From Massalongia carnosa (lineage: Eukaryota), in contig OZ287083.1 in the NCBI GenBank assembly GCA_965645245.1, forward strand, positions 868,001 through 932,000: a DNA stretch of 64,000 nucleotides. Direction: 5' to 3'. Below are positions 12,822 through 25,300 of this stretch, one piece after another. Both the position numbers and the translations under genes were made by a program. The stretch's first letter is position 1. Every line of letters begins with the position of its first letter. The notes beneath the pieces were generated by a model, which saw only the letters and a list, made by a program, of their open reading frames with translations, searched no databases and was not told the origin of the DNA.

Positions 12822-13359
12822 TGTAAGAGTCAGACCTGGCGATTAGCAGACACCAGGCCTAGGGATATGTGACAATGTGAAGACACTAATGATTTGCTAT
12901 ACTAATATACTAAATGAAGTATGTAGGTAAAGCGGAAGACTAATCGTTGAAGATTGCATCTCCCTCGAGCAGCCTCCTTATATACCCGGACCGAAGCCCT
13001 TGACCCTCTGGGCCCTTGATACTGTAACTATCTTGACCGCCCATTACTCCTACCGGATAAGCCGGCTAAACACTCTGCTGACTGCATCGTGGACACTGTG
13101 CTGACTGTATCGTAGACACTGTGCTGACTGTATCGTAGACACTGTGCTGACTGTATCGTGGACACTGTGCTGACTGTATCGTACCATCCGCTCACTAATC
13201 GTACGAGCATCCTCGTATATCTCGATCGCTCGTACTATACTCTCGGCAGTAGATACCAGCCGCGTAACGCAGACCAACTGCTTTCCATATGACTAAGCCT
13301 AGCCGTAGAACTAAGGCCCGCTTAGTTAGCTTAGCCCTTATTCCTTCTATGCCCTGACA
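12822..13359 (-). repeat. 3' LTR of Gypsy-1
   Basis: Direct repeat of 18905-19442. Confidence 0.97.
13071..13183. repeat. 23-bp tandem repeat (about 5 units) inside the Gypsy-1 LTR
   Basis: Unit cactgtgctgactgtatcgtaga. Also present in the 5' LTR; four units in the solo LTR. Confidence 0.95.
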
Positions 13360-13836
13360 ATTGCCTCCTCTCCTATAGTGCTGGTCCTCTAGCACGTACA
13401 GTACTCGAACGCGGAAGGGAGTGTGTAGGGACGTGATAGAAGATGTCGCGTAGATAGCAAGTTTGTTGTGTAGAAAGCGCGAATACCTGGCGCTTGACGT
13501 AGGTAGATGTAAATATCACTAGCTTCTCGGTAATGCTGGGTCGCCGATGCCGCTCCGAGCGCTAGAAGTAGCGGAGAAGGGGACGATGGCGATTATCAGC
13601 AGAGATCCGAGCTCGGTAACGCTAGCGTTGGTGGTTTGTTGATTTAGGTGAAGACGGTGAGGAGTACGAGACTGTTGTCTCCGAAAGCTCCTCCAGCGAG
13701 AGTCTCACGGAAGAAAAGGGTGATGAGGAGTCGGACGAGGAAGTAGAAGATACTGATGGTGATGATGAGGTGCCGGACGAGAAAGCAGAAGGTTCCGATG
13801 GTGATGAGATGGCGAATAAGAAGGGTTTCGCTGGAT

Positions 13837-16800
13837 TCAGCGAGTAACCTGTAGTTTCTTGATTCGCCTGCGCTTTGCTTTCGGCTTTGCATCGAAATCC
13901 TGCTTCAGTTCTAAGGCTCCATCCAGATCTTTCTCTGGTACCCACTCATCATATTCTTCAGGGTATCCTACCCATTTTACCTTATAGAATATTTCCCCTT
14001 TCTCAGACCTTCTACCTATAATTTCTTCCACTTCCCATTCCTGTTCATCGTTAATAATTTCAGGTAAGGGTAGAAACGGTATATGCTCTTGACCATCTCT
14101 TCGCTTGTAAAGTTCTAGGTAAGAGACATGAAAGACCGGGTGAATTCTATAAGTCGTAGGAAGAGCAAGACGATATGCCTGCTTGCCGACTGCTTCTAGA
14201 ATGCGAAAAGGACCTAAAAACTTATGTGAAAGTTTCTTACTAGGCCTTTTTTGTTTTAGATTCTTGGCAGATAACATTACCAAGTCCCCTTCATTGAAAT
14301 CTTTCTCAAGATGTTTCCTGTTGTAGTACTTGGCCTGCGCTTCGGATACGCTTTTCCAGCGTGCCTCTAAAGAATACCTGAACTCGTGTAATTGCTTTAC
14401 TCGTTCTTTCGCAGCGGGCACCCTCTCCACAGCGACGTCGTCCCCGACTTCGTAGCGAATCTCCGGGTTATAGCCGTACATACAATAAAAGGGGCTGCAC
14501 CCAAGCGTACTTTGATAACTGACTTGGTAGACAAATTGTGCTAGGGGCAATAGTGCCACCCAGTTGGATTGATTGTCAGTGCAGTAAACTCTCAAATAGT
14601 GTTCAAGGGTCTGGTTTTGTCGTTCGGTTTGGCCATCAGTTTGAGGGTGAAAGGCCGTGCTAAGCCGGCGTTTCGTCTTTAAATGAAAACAATTTTCTGA
14701 CCAGTACTCACTGGTAAAGACCGACCCTCTATCCGATACTATGCCCTCAGGAGTGCCGAACTGTAATACTACCGATTCAAACAGAATTTCTGCAAGGTCC
14801 ACTGCATTGATTTTTTTCGTAACCGGGATGTATAGCGCCATTTTGGTATATCTATCCACAATTACTAGGCACGAGTCATAAACCCGGCCGAAACGCTTGC
14901 TAGGTGGAAACCCAGTAATGAAATCCATAGTGATTTCTTTCCAAGGACCGGAAGGACGTGGAAGCGATTGCATAACCCCGTAAGGTCGGTGCCTAGGCGC
15001 CTTCGTCCTTTGACAAATGTCGCAGGATTCCGTGTACTTCTTCACAGTCTTGTTAAGTCCTTTCCAATAGTATTTGCGGGTAAGCAACTCAGCTGTTTTC
15101 TCAGCACCAAAATGACCCGCGAGCTCGTCGTCATGATGACGCCGCAACAGCTCCGCACGAATAGATTCTTCATCGGGCACGTAAATTCTGCCACGATGAT
15201 TGAGAAGATTATTGCTATCTATAGTCCAAATTGCTTCGGGGGAGCGACCACCCTTGCGCTTCAAAGACTTAGCAACGGTCTCTCGCCTGCTAGACACGAA
15301 TGCGTCTTTCCCCTGTAGCGCCTTGATGAGTTCAAGCACTGACTTGGAAGCACTTTCCAAAGGCTTTTCTTCATCTGATAAGGCAACAGCTACAGCCCGG
15401 GGAATACATTGCGTCAAGCCGACTTCAAAAGTATCACTCTCTTCGTCAAGAGAAGTAATTGATTTAGAGGTTTCACCCTCTAAATTCTCCAGGGGTTCAA
15501 TCCCGGACGAAGCTATCTTTGAGCGAAGATCATACCTAAGTGCGGCAAGCACCGTACGAATTCCCGGCGTATAACCTACGCATAAGGAATCTATTTTGCT
15601 CAGCTTCTTTTGAAGAGTAGGCAACAATCTCGTCACCTCGGTGTTGATGCTCTGATAATCAGGGCGCCTAGACGGTGCATCGGCAGGATTGGTCTTTCCC
15701 GAGCGATGCATGATTACGAAATCATAAGCGGCTAATTTCATAGCCCATCGCGCTTGCCGACCACTCAACACCTTAATATTCATAAAACCCCTCAAATTGT
15801 TGTGGTCTGTCAGGACCTCAACGGGGTGCAGGCTACCCTCCAGGTAATGCCTCCAGTGTTTAAAACACATCACAATGGCCAGCAACTCTTGATCATGGGT
15901 TTCATAGTTGCGCTCGGCCGGTATCATCTTCCGCGAGTAGAAAGCGACGGGATGCCATTGCCCATCCTTCTGCAACTGGGAGATAATGCCAGAGATTCCG
16001 AAATCCGATGCATCGGTCTCTAGGCGAATGAGCAGTTCTGGATCGAAGTGAACCAAGATGGGCGCGCCCTGAAAGGCTTCTTTCAGCTTGCTAAACGCTT
16101 CCGCTCCTTCGGCCGTAAGATAAAAAGTACCCCTTTTTATCCCAGCCTGCATGCCTTTCAGCATGTCAGTCAATGGCCTAGTGATTTGAGAATAATGACG
16201 TATGAAACGTCGATAGAAATTGGCGAATCCTAGAAAGACCTGAATGTCTCGAAAGGACTGAAGTGCAGGCCAATCCCGCACGGTTTCAACCCGGCGTGGA
16301 TCCATAGAGATACCATCGCTGCTAATGATAAACCCTAGATATTCCACGGCCGTAGCAAAGAACTCGCACTTTTTAAGATTTGCATAGAGATCGTGTTTCC
16401 TTAGACGACGTAACACCTCTTTAACATGCTCCACATGGCTGGTTCTATCTTTGGAAAATACCAATATATCGTCCAGATAGACTACGCAGAAAACATCCAC
16501 GATCCCAGATAAAGCTTTATTGATGTAAGCTTGAAAAGTTGCAGGGGCGTTGGCTAATCCAAAAGGCATAACCATATACTCGTAGTGTCCGTAACGGGAT
16601 CGAAATGCCGTCTTCCACTCGTCGCCCTTGCGGATTCGGAGACGATGATAAGCATCTCGCAAATCCATTTTGGTAAAATAGGAACACCCGTTTAACTGAT
16701 CCAGTATCTGCGTGATAAGAGGGAGCGGATGACGATTCTTTTTGGTCACCTTATTCAATCCTCGATAGTCAACGCAGAGGCGCAGAGTACCGTCCTTCTT

Positions 16801-17601
16801 AGGCACAAATAGTATTGGTGCACCTGCAGAACTGGTGGAGTGCCGGATCCAACCCTTCGCCAGGGCGTCGTCAAGATATTCCCGAAGAGTCTTAAGCTCC
16901 GTATTCGATAAGTTGTATAAAGGACCATAAGGTGGATCACCGCCTTCTAAATCGATAGCGTGGTCACAGTCCTTGTGCGTAGCTAATTGATTGGCTCTGT
17001 CCTTAGAAAAAACATCCTGGAATTCAGCAAATTCCACAGGTATCCCCTGCGTTTCGTTGGTGTTCCGGCTGTTGTTCTCATCAACAGCGCCAACATTAAC
17101 AGGTTGTCTTTCGGAAGAAGGTGCAATGGGTTGAGCCACTATAGCATAGAGTGGTGCCCCGGAATCCAGGGTCTTCGCAAACTGTTTAGGCTTGCACAAC
17201 TCGAACATATCAGACTGAAAGCCATAACGCCAGCGCTTCGTTCCATAATCGATTACGATACCCAGCTGTTTGAGACCAGGGAGACCCAACACCAAGTCAG
17301 GGCCCTGTTTGTCAATTGCGTAAAACACGCTGGTAAAGGTGCGCTGTCGTTCCCAAGTATCCTCGAGAGCCATTACTACCTCATAAGCTCCATAGCAGTA
17401 AACCTCCTTACCATCCATGAATTGAGGAGCAGGTAGTTCGCTTTCAATAGGTCTAAGATCTGAAGCGACGACGAATCCCTGATTAATCACATTAATCTCG
17501 GCTGCTCCATCAAGCAACACTGTCGCCGGGTATTTTTGGCCTCCGCTCGTTATAGTCCCCTCAGGAATAAGGCTTGGCTCGCTTTCTACTGATCGTTTCC
17601 C
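13837..17601 (-). CDS. pol: Gypsy-1 Pol (protease-RT-RNase H-integrase-chromodomain), in -1 frame to gag
   Basis: Track ORF 13837-17520, with the frame open upstream into the gag overlap. Motifs LCVDYRGLN, YLDD, ETDAS, HHDD..GH..CDIC, SDRG, and chromodomain EWEVEEII..YKVKWVGYP..W. Confidence 0.95.
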   Translation of the reverse strand, partial: GKRSVESEPSLIPEGTITSGGQKYPATVLLDGAAEINVINQGFVVASDLRPIESELPAPQFMDGKEVYCYGAYEVVMALEDTWERQRTFTSVFYAIDKQGPDLVLGLPGLKQLGIVIDYGTKRWRYGFQSDMFELCKPKQFAKTLDSGAPLYAIVAQPIAPSSERQPVNVGAVDENNSRNTNETQGIPVEFAEFQDVFSKDRANQLATHKDCDHAIDLEGGDPPYGPLYNLSNTELKTLREYLDDALAKGWIRHSTSSAGAPILFVPKKDGTLRLCVDYRGLNKVTKKNRHPLPLITQILDQLNGCSYFTKMDLRDAYHRLRIRKGDEWKTAFRSRYGHYEYMVMPFGLANAPATFQAYINKALSGIVDVFCVVYLDDILVFSKDRTSHVEHVKEVLRRLRKHDLYANLKKCEFFATAVEYLGFIISSDGISMDPRRVETVRDWPALQSFRDIQVFLGFANFYRRFIRHYSQITRPLTDMLKGMQAGIKRGTFYLTAEGAEAFSKLKEAFQGAPILVHFDPELLIRLETDASDFGISGIISQLQKDGQWHPVAFYSRKMIPAERNYETHDQELLAIVMCFKHWRHYLEGSLHPVEVLTDHNNLRGFMNIKVLSGRQARWAMKLAAYDFVIMHRSGKTNPADAPSRRPDYQSINTEVTRLLPTLQKKLSKIDSLCVGYTPGIRTVLAALRYDLRSKIASSGIEPLENLEGETSKSITSLDEESDTFEVGLTQCIPRAVAVALSDEEKPLESASKSVLELIKALQGKDAFVSSRRETVAKSLKRKGGRSPEAIWTIDSNNLLNHRGRIYVPDEESIRAELLRRHHDDELAGHFGAEKTAELLTRKYYWKGLNKTVKKYTESCDICQRTKAPRHRPYGVMQSLPRPSGPWKEITMDFITGFPPSKRFGRVYDSCLVIVDRYTKMALYIPVTKKINAVDLAEILFESVVLQFGTPEGIVSDRGSVFTSEYWSENCFHLKTKRRLSTAFHPQTDGQTERQNQTLEHYLRVYCTDNQSNWVALLPLAQFVYQVSYQSTLGCSPFYCMYGYNPEIRYEVGDDVAVERVPAAKERVKQLHEFRYSLEARWKSVSEAQAKYYNRKHLEKDFNEGDLVMLSAKNLKQKRPSKKLSHKFLGPFRILEAVGKQAYRLALPTTYRIHPVFHVSYLELYKRRDGQEHIPFLPLPEIINDEQEWEVEEIIGRRSEKGEIFYKVKWVGYPEEYDEWVPEKDLDGALELKQDFDAKPKAKRRRIKKLQVTR

Positions 17602-18827
17602 TCCATCGGCTGGCGAGCTTTCCGTGGAGGTTTGGCTTTTCCCGACTTTGCGACGGCGTTCACACCGTGCTTCGGCTCCTTGTCGTCTTTAGGAGGGTTG
17701 GGACACTTGTTGGCGTAGTGACCCTGTTCTCCGCAGCGATAACATGTCACCTCGTCGGTACTTTCCTTTGTCTCAGCATGCTTTCTTTTCTGACCCCTTT
17801 TACCGTCTTTCGTAGGTTTTGGTTTGTCAGTGTCCTTTATCTCCTCGTTCCTCTTATCTCTATGTGATTTAGTGCGAGGGGGGTGAGAACCATTTGGACG
17901 CTCATGCTTCGACGTCGTTAAGACATCGTTTTCTCTTTTCTGATTGTTTTCCAGCCTACTGGCCAGAGTCACCAGAGCTTCTCTAGTCCTTGGAATATTC
18001 TGATAGTTGCCTATAGCTGCTCTAATAGACGGCCGCAACTTAGTAAAGAGATGAGTCGCTCTTTGTTCTTCGGTATAGGAGGGCAACTGGTCCTCGAGGC
18101 TACTCAAGTGCGCCTCGAAAGCTCTTACCGTTTGCTTCTCTCCTTGCTTGGCTTCGGCAAATAATTGGGCCATATGCAGACCTCGATTAACTGGGTCCTC
18201 GACAATATTTAACAAGAATTTCAAGTACTCTTCGAAGGTATAATTGTGCATTTCACCGTCTGCCTCATATCGATGCCAAGCTTCCTTAGGCTCCCCTTCC
18301 AGCGATTGCATTGCGAAAGCGATCTTGGATTCATCATCTGGGAAGTCCTCTTTTGCCACGCGAAACGCCACTCTGCAGTTCCGCTCATAATCCAGATGTT
18401 CCTTGACCGTTTTTCCATGATAGGGACTGACTTTCTCGGGTCTAGCAGCGCGTCTCCTGTAAACAACTACAGGTACTGACTGGCTACTCGTCATCTCTAC
18501 ATCGTCGTCAGAACGAGGGTTAATGGCTCCTCTCATTACCGGTTCCTTGGATGATCCGGTAGGGTTTGGAGGTTTCGAAGGCTTTTGAGTTTGTTCTTGC
18601 AGTTGCTCAATACTGGCTTTCAAATTCCTCAGACGTACTTCCTTCTTAAGTTCGCTACGCCTGCGCTCAGCTTGCGCTATCTGTTCGTCCAACGTCAGGG
18701 GTTGAATGGGTTCGACTACTTTTTCCATTGGGGTCAGGGCTCCTCTTCCAGGGCCCTCAGAATCCGAAAGTTCTTCGATCCGCTCCTCCGGCATCATGGT
18801 ATCAGAGGCAACTTCTTGCGCGGACAT
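17586..18827 (-). CDS. gag: Gypsy-1 Gag (413 aa)
   Basis: Capsid-like region and CCHC knuckle CYRCGEQGHYANKC, lying between the 5' LTR and pol. Confidence 0.93.
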   Translation of the reverse strand: MSAQEVASDTMMPEERIEELSDSEGPGRGALTPMEKVVEPIQPLTLDEQIAQAERRRSELKKEVRLRNLKASIEQLQEQTQKPSKPPNPTGSSKEPVMRGAINPRSDDDVEMTSSQSVPVVVYRRRAARPEKVSPYHGKTVKEHLDYERNCRVAFRVAKEDFPDDESKIAFAMQSLEGEPKEAWHRYEADGEMHNYTFEEYLKFLLNIVEDPVNRGLHMAQLFAEAKQGEKQTVRAFEAHLSSLEDQLPSYTEEQRATHLFTKLRPSIRAAIGNYQNIPRTREALVTLASRLENNQKRENDVLTTSKHERPNGSHPPRTKSHRDKRNEEIKDTDKPKPTKDGKRGQKRKHAETKESTDEVTCYRCGEQGHYANKCPNPPKDDKEPKHGVNAVAKSGKAKPPRKARQPMEGNDQ

Positions 18828-18904
18828 GGCGGGAGGATAGTGTATAGAAGGTGTATAAATGTGTCAACGGATCGTCACTCCTTGAAGGATAGAACGATTA
18901 GAAT

Positions 18905-19442
18905 TGTAAGAGTCAGACCTGGCGATTAGCAGACACCAGGCCTAGGGATATGTGACAATGTGAAGACACTAATGATTTGCTATACTAATATACTAAATGA
19001 AGTATGTAGGTAAAGCGGAAGACTAATCGTTGAAGATTGCATCTCCCTCGAGCAGCCTCCTTATATACCCGGACCGAAGCCCTTGACCCTCTGGGCCCTT
19101 GATACTGTAACTATCTTGACCGCCCATTACTCCTACCGGATAAGCCGGCTAAACACTCTGCTGACTGCATCGTGGACACTGTGCTGACTGTATCGTAGAC
19201 ACTTTGCTGACTGTATCGTAGACACTGTGCTGACTGTATCGTGGACACTGTGCTGACTGTATCGTACCATCCGCTCACTAATCGTACGAGCATCCTCGTA
19301 TATCTCGATCGCTCGTGCTATACTCTCGGCAGTAGATACCAGCCGCGTAACGCAGACCAACTGCTTTCCATATGACTAAGCCTAGCCGTAGAACTAAGGC
19401 CCGCTTAGTTAGCTTAGCCCTTATTCCTTCTATGCCCTGACA
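18905..19442 (-). repeat. 5' LTR of Gypsy-1
   Basis: Direct repeat of 12822-13359. TATATAA on the minus strand at 19061-19067. Confidence 0.97.
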
Positions 19443-20741
19443 ATAACCGATTCGAATGAATTTCAAATAAATCATGAAAAATGCGTTTTTTAACGATTAG
19501 AACGATTTTGAACAATTGTAAAATTGATTGCATCAGGTCCTCATGCTTTCTTCGGATTAAATAAATTAATCGCATTTTTCGACTTGTTTTTATTCAAATC
19601 TGGCCAATTATCGTCGTTTTCGCTGTCTTGATTTCACAAATCTTCGAAATTATCGTCTATAAATGTGTTTTTTGTGTACATTGCTGACACAAATGCATCG
19701 AATTTGTCATCAAACTGAACATTTGGCTTTTTTTTATGTAGAATCGTTGGAATCTTCTAATATGCGCGGTTTAGTTTATTTATACGCGGTAAATACATAT
19801 TTATTTGCTGCATTTTCTAGAAAAGTCACGCGTTATCAGCAAAAAGCCAACCCCCAAAACATCGGTACCCTATATTTTGATATACTGAAACTTTCCCAAT
19901 TTATTCTCCTCATTCTTCTCATTCATTTGAGCCTACCAGAAGCTAAAACCCATCAGAATTGGGTACAGGAGAGCTCTTCCACTGCTCCTGCAGAGTTTTC
20001 CTCGCGGTCTGTCCGCCCCTTCACCAAAAAGCGCGTCCAAAAAATCTACAAAACACAAAAACACCAACAACAACGTCAAAAATCGCTCGATTTTCGATAT
20101 TTCTTCGGTTTAATTGTCGCATAGATCTCATCTATTATCACAAAAATTATCTACAAAATATCATCACTGTCGCGTAACTGTACAACCTGTTCTCGAGACA
20201 ACAAAACTTCTTGGTGTTCATTTGAAATTTAAGGTTACCGGTACCGTATACACTATTCCATTTTGGGTTTTTTCGATTTTCGTTGAACTGCCGACCAACA
20301 ATCTGCTGAAACGAAGGGGAAAAACGTCTGAAATAGGGTTAAACCAAAGGCCCTGTTTCAGGCTAACCAGAATAGGAAGTCTCCTCTCTCTCATTGTACT
20401 TGATTTTTATTTCTGGATCAAAAACATTTTTTAAAAAAAAAAAAAATAATTTTTCTGTTCGATCGTAAAATTCTTATTATATTCCATATATCGTAGTGTC
20501 AAGGTAAAGAGTTAAATAAGATCTATTGCCTAAGCGAGGAACGGTCTATTTTAGCTCGACTAGGATTTATTTGACTTGTTATTGTCAAATAAATAGGGTT
20601 TGGAAAGCAAGAGTCTTTAGACCAGTAAATCGGCGTAAAAACTCTCTATTCTGACTATTACGTCCGGGGAACGTCAGAATAAATTATTTGGTGGCGATAA
20701 AGGGGATATAGCAAAGGCAACATCGATTTATTTATAAATCC

Positions 20742-22325
20742 ATGTTTAACGCGGTAATGAACCGCCGGAATATACCAAGGACACCACCCCCAGCCGGTCC
20801 CGCCCCCCTATCGACCCCTTACCCGGCCCCCCCCCGACACTCCCCTGGACCATCTCCGGTGGCGTTGATAGGGAGCTCTCCCCGTCTTAAACCTATGGAT
20901 CAAACTCGCGAATATGCATCAGCCCCGTCCACACCGACACCAAAGGCAACGAAATTCCCATCGGGTCTATTTTCCACTATCTTGCCGATGCCTTCATTGA
21001 ACTTAAACATTGGATCAAGCCCACCAATCAAACGAAATAAAAGACGCACATTTGACGAATATTCGAGAGATAGCCAAGAAGCGATCAATCGGGCAAATTC
21101 AATTGAGCTTCTAAAGTCGGCCAAAAAAGCATTATTGCAATCATTTGTACTGGACCAAAATCCACAAACGGCTATCGTAATTGACAACGTTAATTCGTTG
21201 ATTTCGAAAAAATCAATCAATTTACAAACATCCTTAGATATGATTAACTATAAAATGGGCATAGTACTTGATTTAACTAGTCATCTTTCCTCAAAAACGT
21301 CACAACAACAAACGACTCCACTACAGAATAGTCCAAAAATCCAAAAACCTGTTGTTAAATTGAACGAAAATTCAATTATCGAAAATCAGACCATTCGCAA
21401 AGGAGCCACCGGGGTCTCTGGTAACAATGTTAGCACAACCGGTACATGGAGTCAAATGCTTGGAAAAGCAACCGAAAACTATGAAAATTGGACTACTATT
21501 CAAAGGAAAAGTTCGAATCATAATTCGAACAAAGTCGATCGATTTGATGCAATCAAGGCCAGACGACTCGTAATTTCACCGAAAAATCCTGACGCTCAAA
21601 TCGACTCTATGAAGCTGCGTGATCAAATTAACGAGCTATTAAAAAACGCAAATTTAAACATCATCGTCAATACTGTTGAAAAGTCCAAAACCGGTCAGAA
21701 TATCGTTCTCACCACTAGCCCTGACAACAATGCAGAAGAATTGTTGAAAAATAGATCTTCATGGGAACACATTTTCGAATCACAAAGAATTCGAAAAGAC
21801 GAATCCTGGTTTAAAGTCATAGCACACGGAGTAAATATCTCGTTATTCGATAATAACATGCAATATTTGCAAACCGAAATCGAAAAATACAATTCGAATA
21901 TGCAACTATGCGATTTACCAAGATGGCTTGCTCGGGATCGTCAAAACAAAGTCACGTCGTCGGTAGTTTTGACTTTCAATAATCAAAATCAAGCGTCAAA
22001 CGCGTTAAGAGGCGTGAATATCGCGGGTAGACATTGTGACACGGAAATATTTGCTTCCGTTCGTCCAAACACGCAATGTATTAATTGTCAGAAATTTGGA
22101 CATAAGCATTATCAATGCAAAAGTCCGGCAAAATGCAATATATGCGCACAAAGTCATGAAACGCATAATCATGAATGCACAACATGCAAGTCTAAAATCG
22201 CATGCGAACATGCAATTCTGAAATGCGTCAATTGAAACAAAAATCATCAATCGAACGATATAGGTTGCGAAATGTTTATCTCGCTAAATCCTAGAAAATC
22301 GAATGATGAATTAATGCTTGGTTAA
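20742..22325 (+). pseudogene. LINE ORF1 with premature stop in the last zinc knuckle
   Basis: TGC>TGA at 22233-22235 relative to the 3921-5504 copy. Confidence 0.88.
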
Positions 22326-25300
22326 TGGCGGGACAACATTCGTTGACAAATATCGAAAATACACAAAATGTCAAATTTATTCAACATAATTGTGCAAAGT
22401 CAACGAATGCAATGATTTCGTGTCTGGAATATGCAGTATTAAATCGTGTTGATATTGTTTTATTTCAGGAACCATGGACGCGAGATCAAAAAACAATTTC
22501 TCATCCGTCATTCACATGTATTATGCCGAAAATAGCGACTTATCGGCCGAGAGTAGCTATATTCGTTACAAAATGCAATCCAAAATTACAATGCACGCCT
22601 AGAACGGATCTTATAAACGATACTGATCTGCAAATTATCAAAATTACAATTGATGAAGTTCGAAAGGTGCAGATCTTTAACCTTTACAATGAAAAAAGTC
22701 TAAACGATCGAGAAACATATACAATCGATCGACTTTTAGTTAAATATCAACCTATATCAACTGATCAATTTGTCATATGTGGAGATTTCAATGCACATCA
22801 TAGCTGGTGGAATTCGAAGATTCAAAATGCAATTCGATCAGAAAATCTAGTCAAATGGTTAAAATTAAACAAATGTAGTTTGATAAATACGCCTGATCTA
22901 TATACATTTTTTGCTCATTCAGGAAACTCTTCATCTATTATTGATTTAACATTTGCAAATTCTAAAATCGAAAACGCAATTACAAATTGGTTAATCGATG
23001 AAAACGCAATCACGGGTTCAGATCATGAAGTTATTCGATTTGAACTTATCGCGTCTTTCAAGAACTTGACGACACACGCAACCGCATTATCGAATAAATA
23101 CAACTGCAATAAAGCCGATTGGGATAAATTCGCGAAGTTTCTAGACGAAAATGCAGTAAACTATGAGTCCCAAATACAAAGTCTATTGGACAATTATCAA
23201 TTTGATGAATCAGCGTTATATTTGCAAAACGTTATCAAAAACGCGGCTGAAATGTTTATTCCGAAGACAAAAATATGCGCAAAATCGAAAAATTGGTGGT
23301 CGCAAGATTCATCCGGACTTCGAAAAATCATGTGTAGACATCGTCGAGAATGGAAGAATAATCCGTCCTATTTTAGTCATCAAACATTTAGACATAGTCG
23401 AATCGAGTACTTTCATGCAATTCGAAAAGCGAAACAGCAAACTTGGTTGGCTTTCCTCGAAAACGCAGCGAATAAAGACGTATTTACAGCTTATAAATAC
23501 ACTAAATCGCGCATGTTCGAAAAAATACCCCCTATTCAATATGAAAATAAGTTAAATGTTCAATTCGATCACAAATGCGATGCGTTTGTGTCAGCAATGT
23601 ACACAAAAAACCAGTTCACTGATGATAATATTGAAGATTTAACGAATCAAGACAGCGAAAATGACAACAATTGGCCGAATTTAACAGAAAATGAATTGCA
23701 AAATGCGATTAGTTTGTTTAATCCAAAGAAATCATGTGGGCCTGATACAATCAATTTCACAATAATTCAAAAATCGTTTCAACCATTGAAAAACGTGTTT
23801 TTTACTATTTATTCTAAATTTATACAAATCGGTTATCACCCGTTATGTTGGCGAACAGGACTCGGTGCTGTTTTAAAAAAACCTAATAAACCAGACTACT
23901 CGCTGCCAAAATCATATCGAATTATTACCTTACTGAATTGTCTTGGTAAAATTGCGGAGAAAATAGTTGCTAATCGACTAGCCTACCTCGGCGAAAATTC
24001 GAGCTTGTTAGATACCGAACAAATGGGCGGACGGAAAAATCATTCTGCAATCGATGCGGTAATGAACGTCGTTCATGATATCGAAATCGCAAACCGAAAC
24101 AAAAACGTTTTATCATGTCTATTACTCGATGTCAAAGGAGCATTTGACTTTGTTTCGATTAATCAATTGATAAATGTCATTAAAAAGCTGCATTTATCTA
24201 GCATAGTTAGTTATTCAATGGGTCAAACATTTTATGACAAAACGATCGATCAATTTGATATTCGATGAACACAAAAGCAAAACGTACTATATCGAATCTG
24301 GAATTCCACAAGGTTCACCAATTTCGCCAATTCTATTTCTGATTTATATTCGTTACTTATTTCCGAAAATACGAATGAAATTAAATGCTCATTCACCTAG
24401 CTTTATAGACGATGTTGCAATATATGTCGAAAATAAAACTGCCACACAGAATTGCAAAGAAATCGAAATTATCGTCAAAACAGCTTTTGATTGGGCCGCA
24501 ACGAATAATGTCAAATTTGATGACGACAAATCTGAGTTGATTCACTTCGAAAAGTCAAGAAATGCATCAAAAGACAAAGTGCAATTACCAAACGGGACAA
24601 TACTAGAACCGAAAAATTCTGTCAAATGGTTAGGAGTCTGGTTAGACCGAAATCTAAATTACAAAAAACACGTCGAAACGCGAATTGCTTCTGCAAATCG
24701 ATCGTTTTTCGCAATTCAAAATTTGATGAAGTCTGAATGGGGACTAAAGCCAACTGCATGCAGACAGCTTTATTTGTCATGCATTATTCCTATTTCGGAC
24801 TATGGCTCAGAAATCTGGTATAACGGTCAAAAGAAATATGAAAAGCTATTTCAGAATCTGCAAAATCGAATGATTCGAAAGATTTTAGGCACATTCAAAA
24901 CGACGCCTGTTCAGGCGATGGAAATTGAATCGCATATTTTACCAGCCAAGCTACGATTGTTGATGAAAAATCAAAAATACGCAATTCGATTATTGAAGAT
25001 TGCCGAAAATAATCCTATTTGTCAAAGAATTCCCAGTACCTATACGGTGAAATTTGAAAACATCGGTTTTGACACTAGTTTATGGAACAACAGATATGCT
25101 GAATGGAACGAAGACGAGAAAAAATCGAGTAAACCTCATCCTAGTCAGCTTATCCGTATTCTTCATTCCGTTTCGGATATAGTTCACAAAACTGATGAAT
25201 TCGAATCAGTAAATAATTTCATCAAACCATGGAAGCCGTCTTGTAAAATCAAGTTCCAAATCGAAAGATCAAAAGAAACAGCAAAGTCAAGTTATTATTC

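Larger units (their letters stand above)
12822..19442 (-). mobile_element. Apparently intact chromodomain Ty3/Gypsy LTR retrotransposon (Gypsy-1)
   Basis: 538-bp TG..CA LTRs with two differences seen, 5-bp TSD ataac (12817-12821, 19443-19447), polypurine tract (PPT) aggagaggagg next to the 3' LTR, open gag and pol. Confidence 0.97.

Noticed and set aside
13071..13183. CRISPR-like array
   Set aside because: Head-to-tail units with no unique spacers, inside a eukaryotic LTR. The same applies to 34915-35038.
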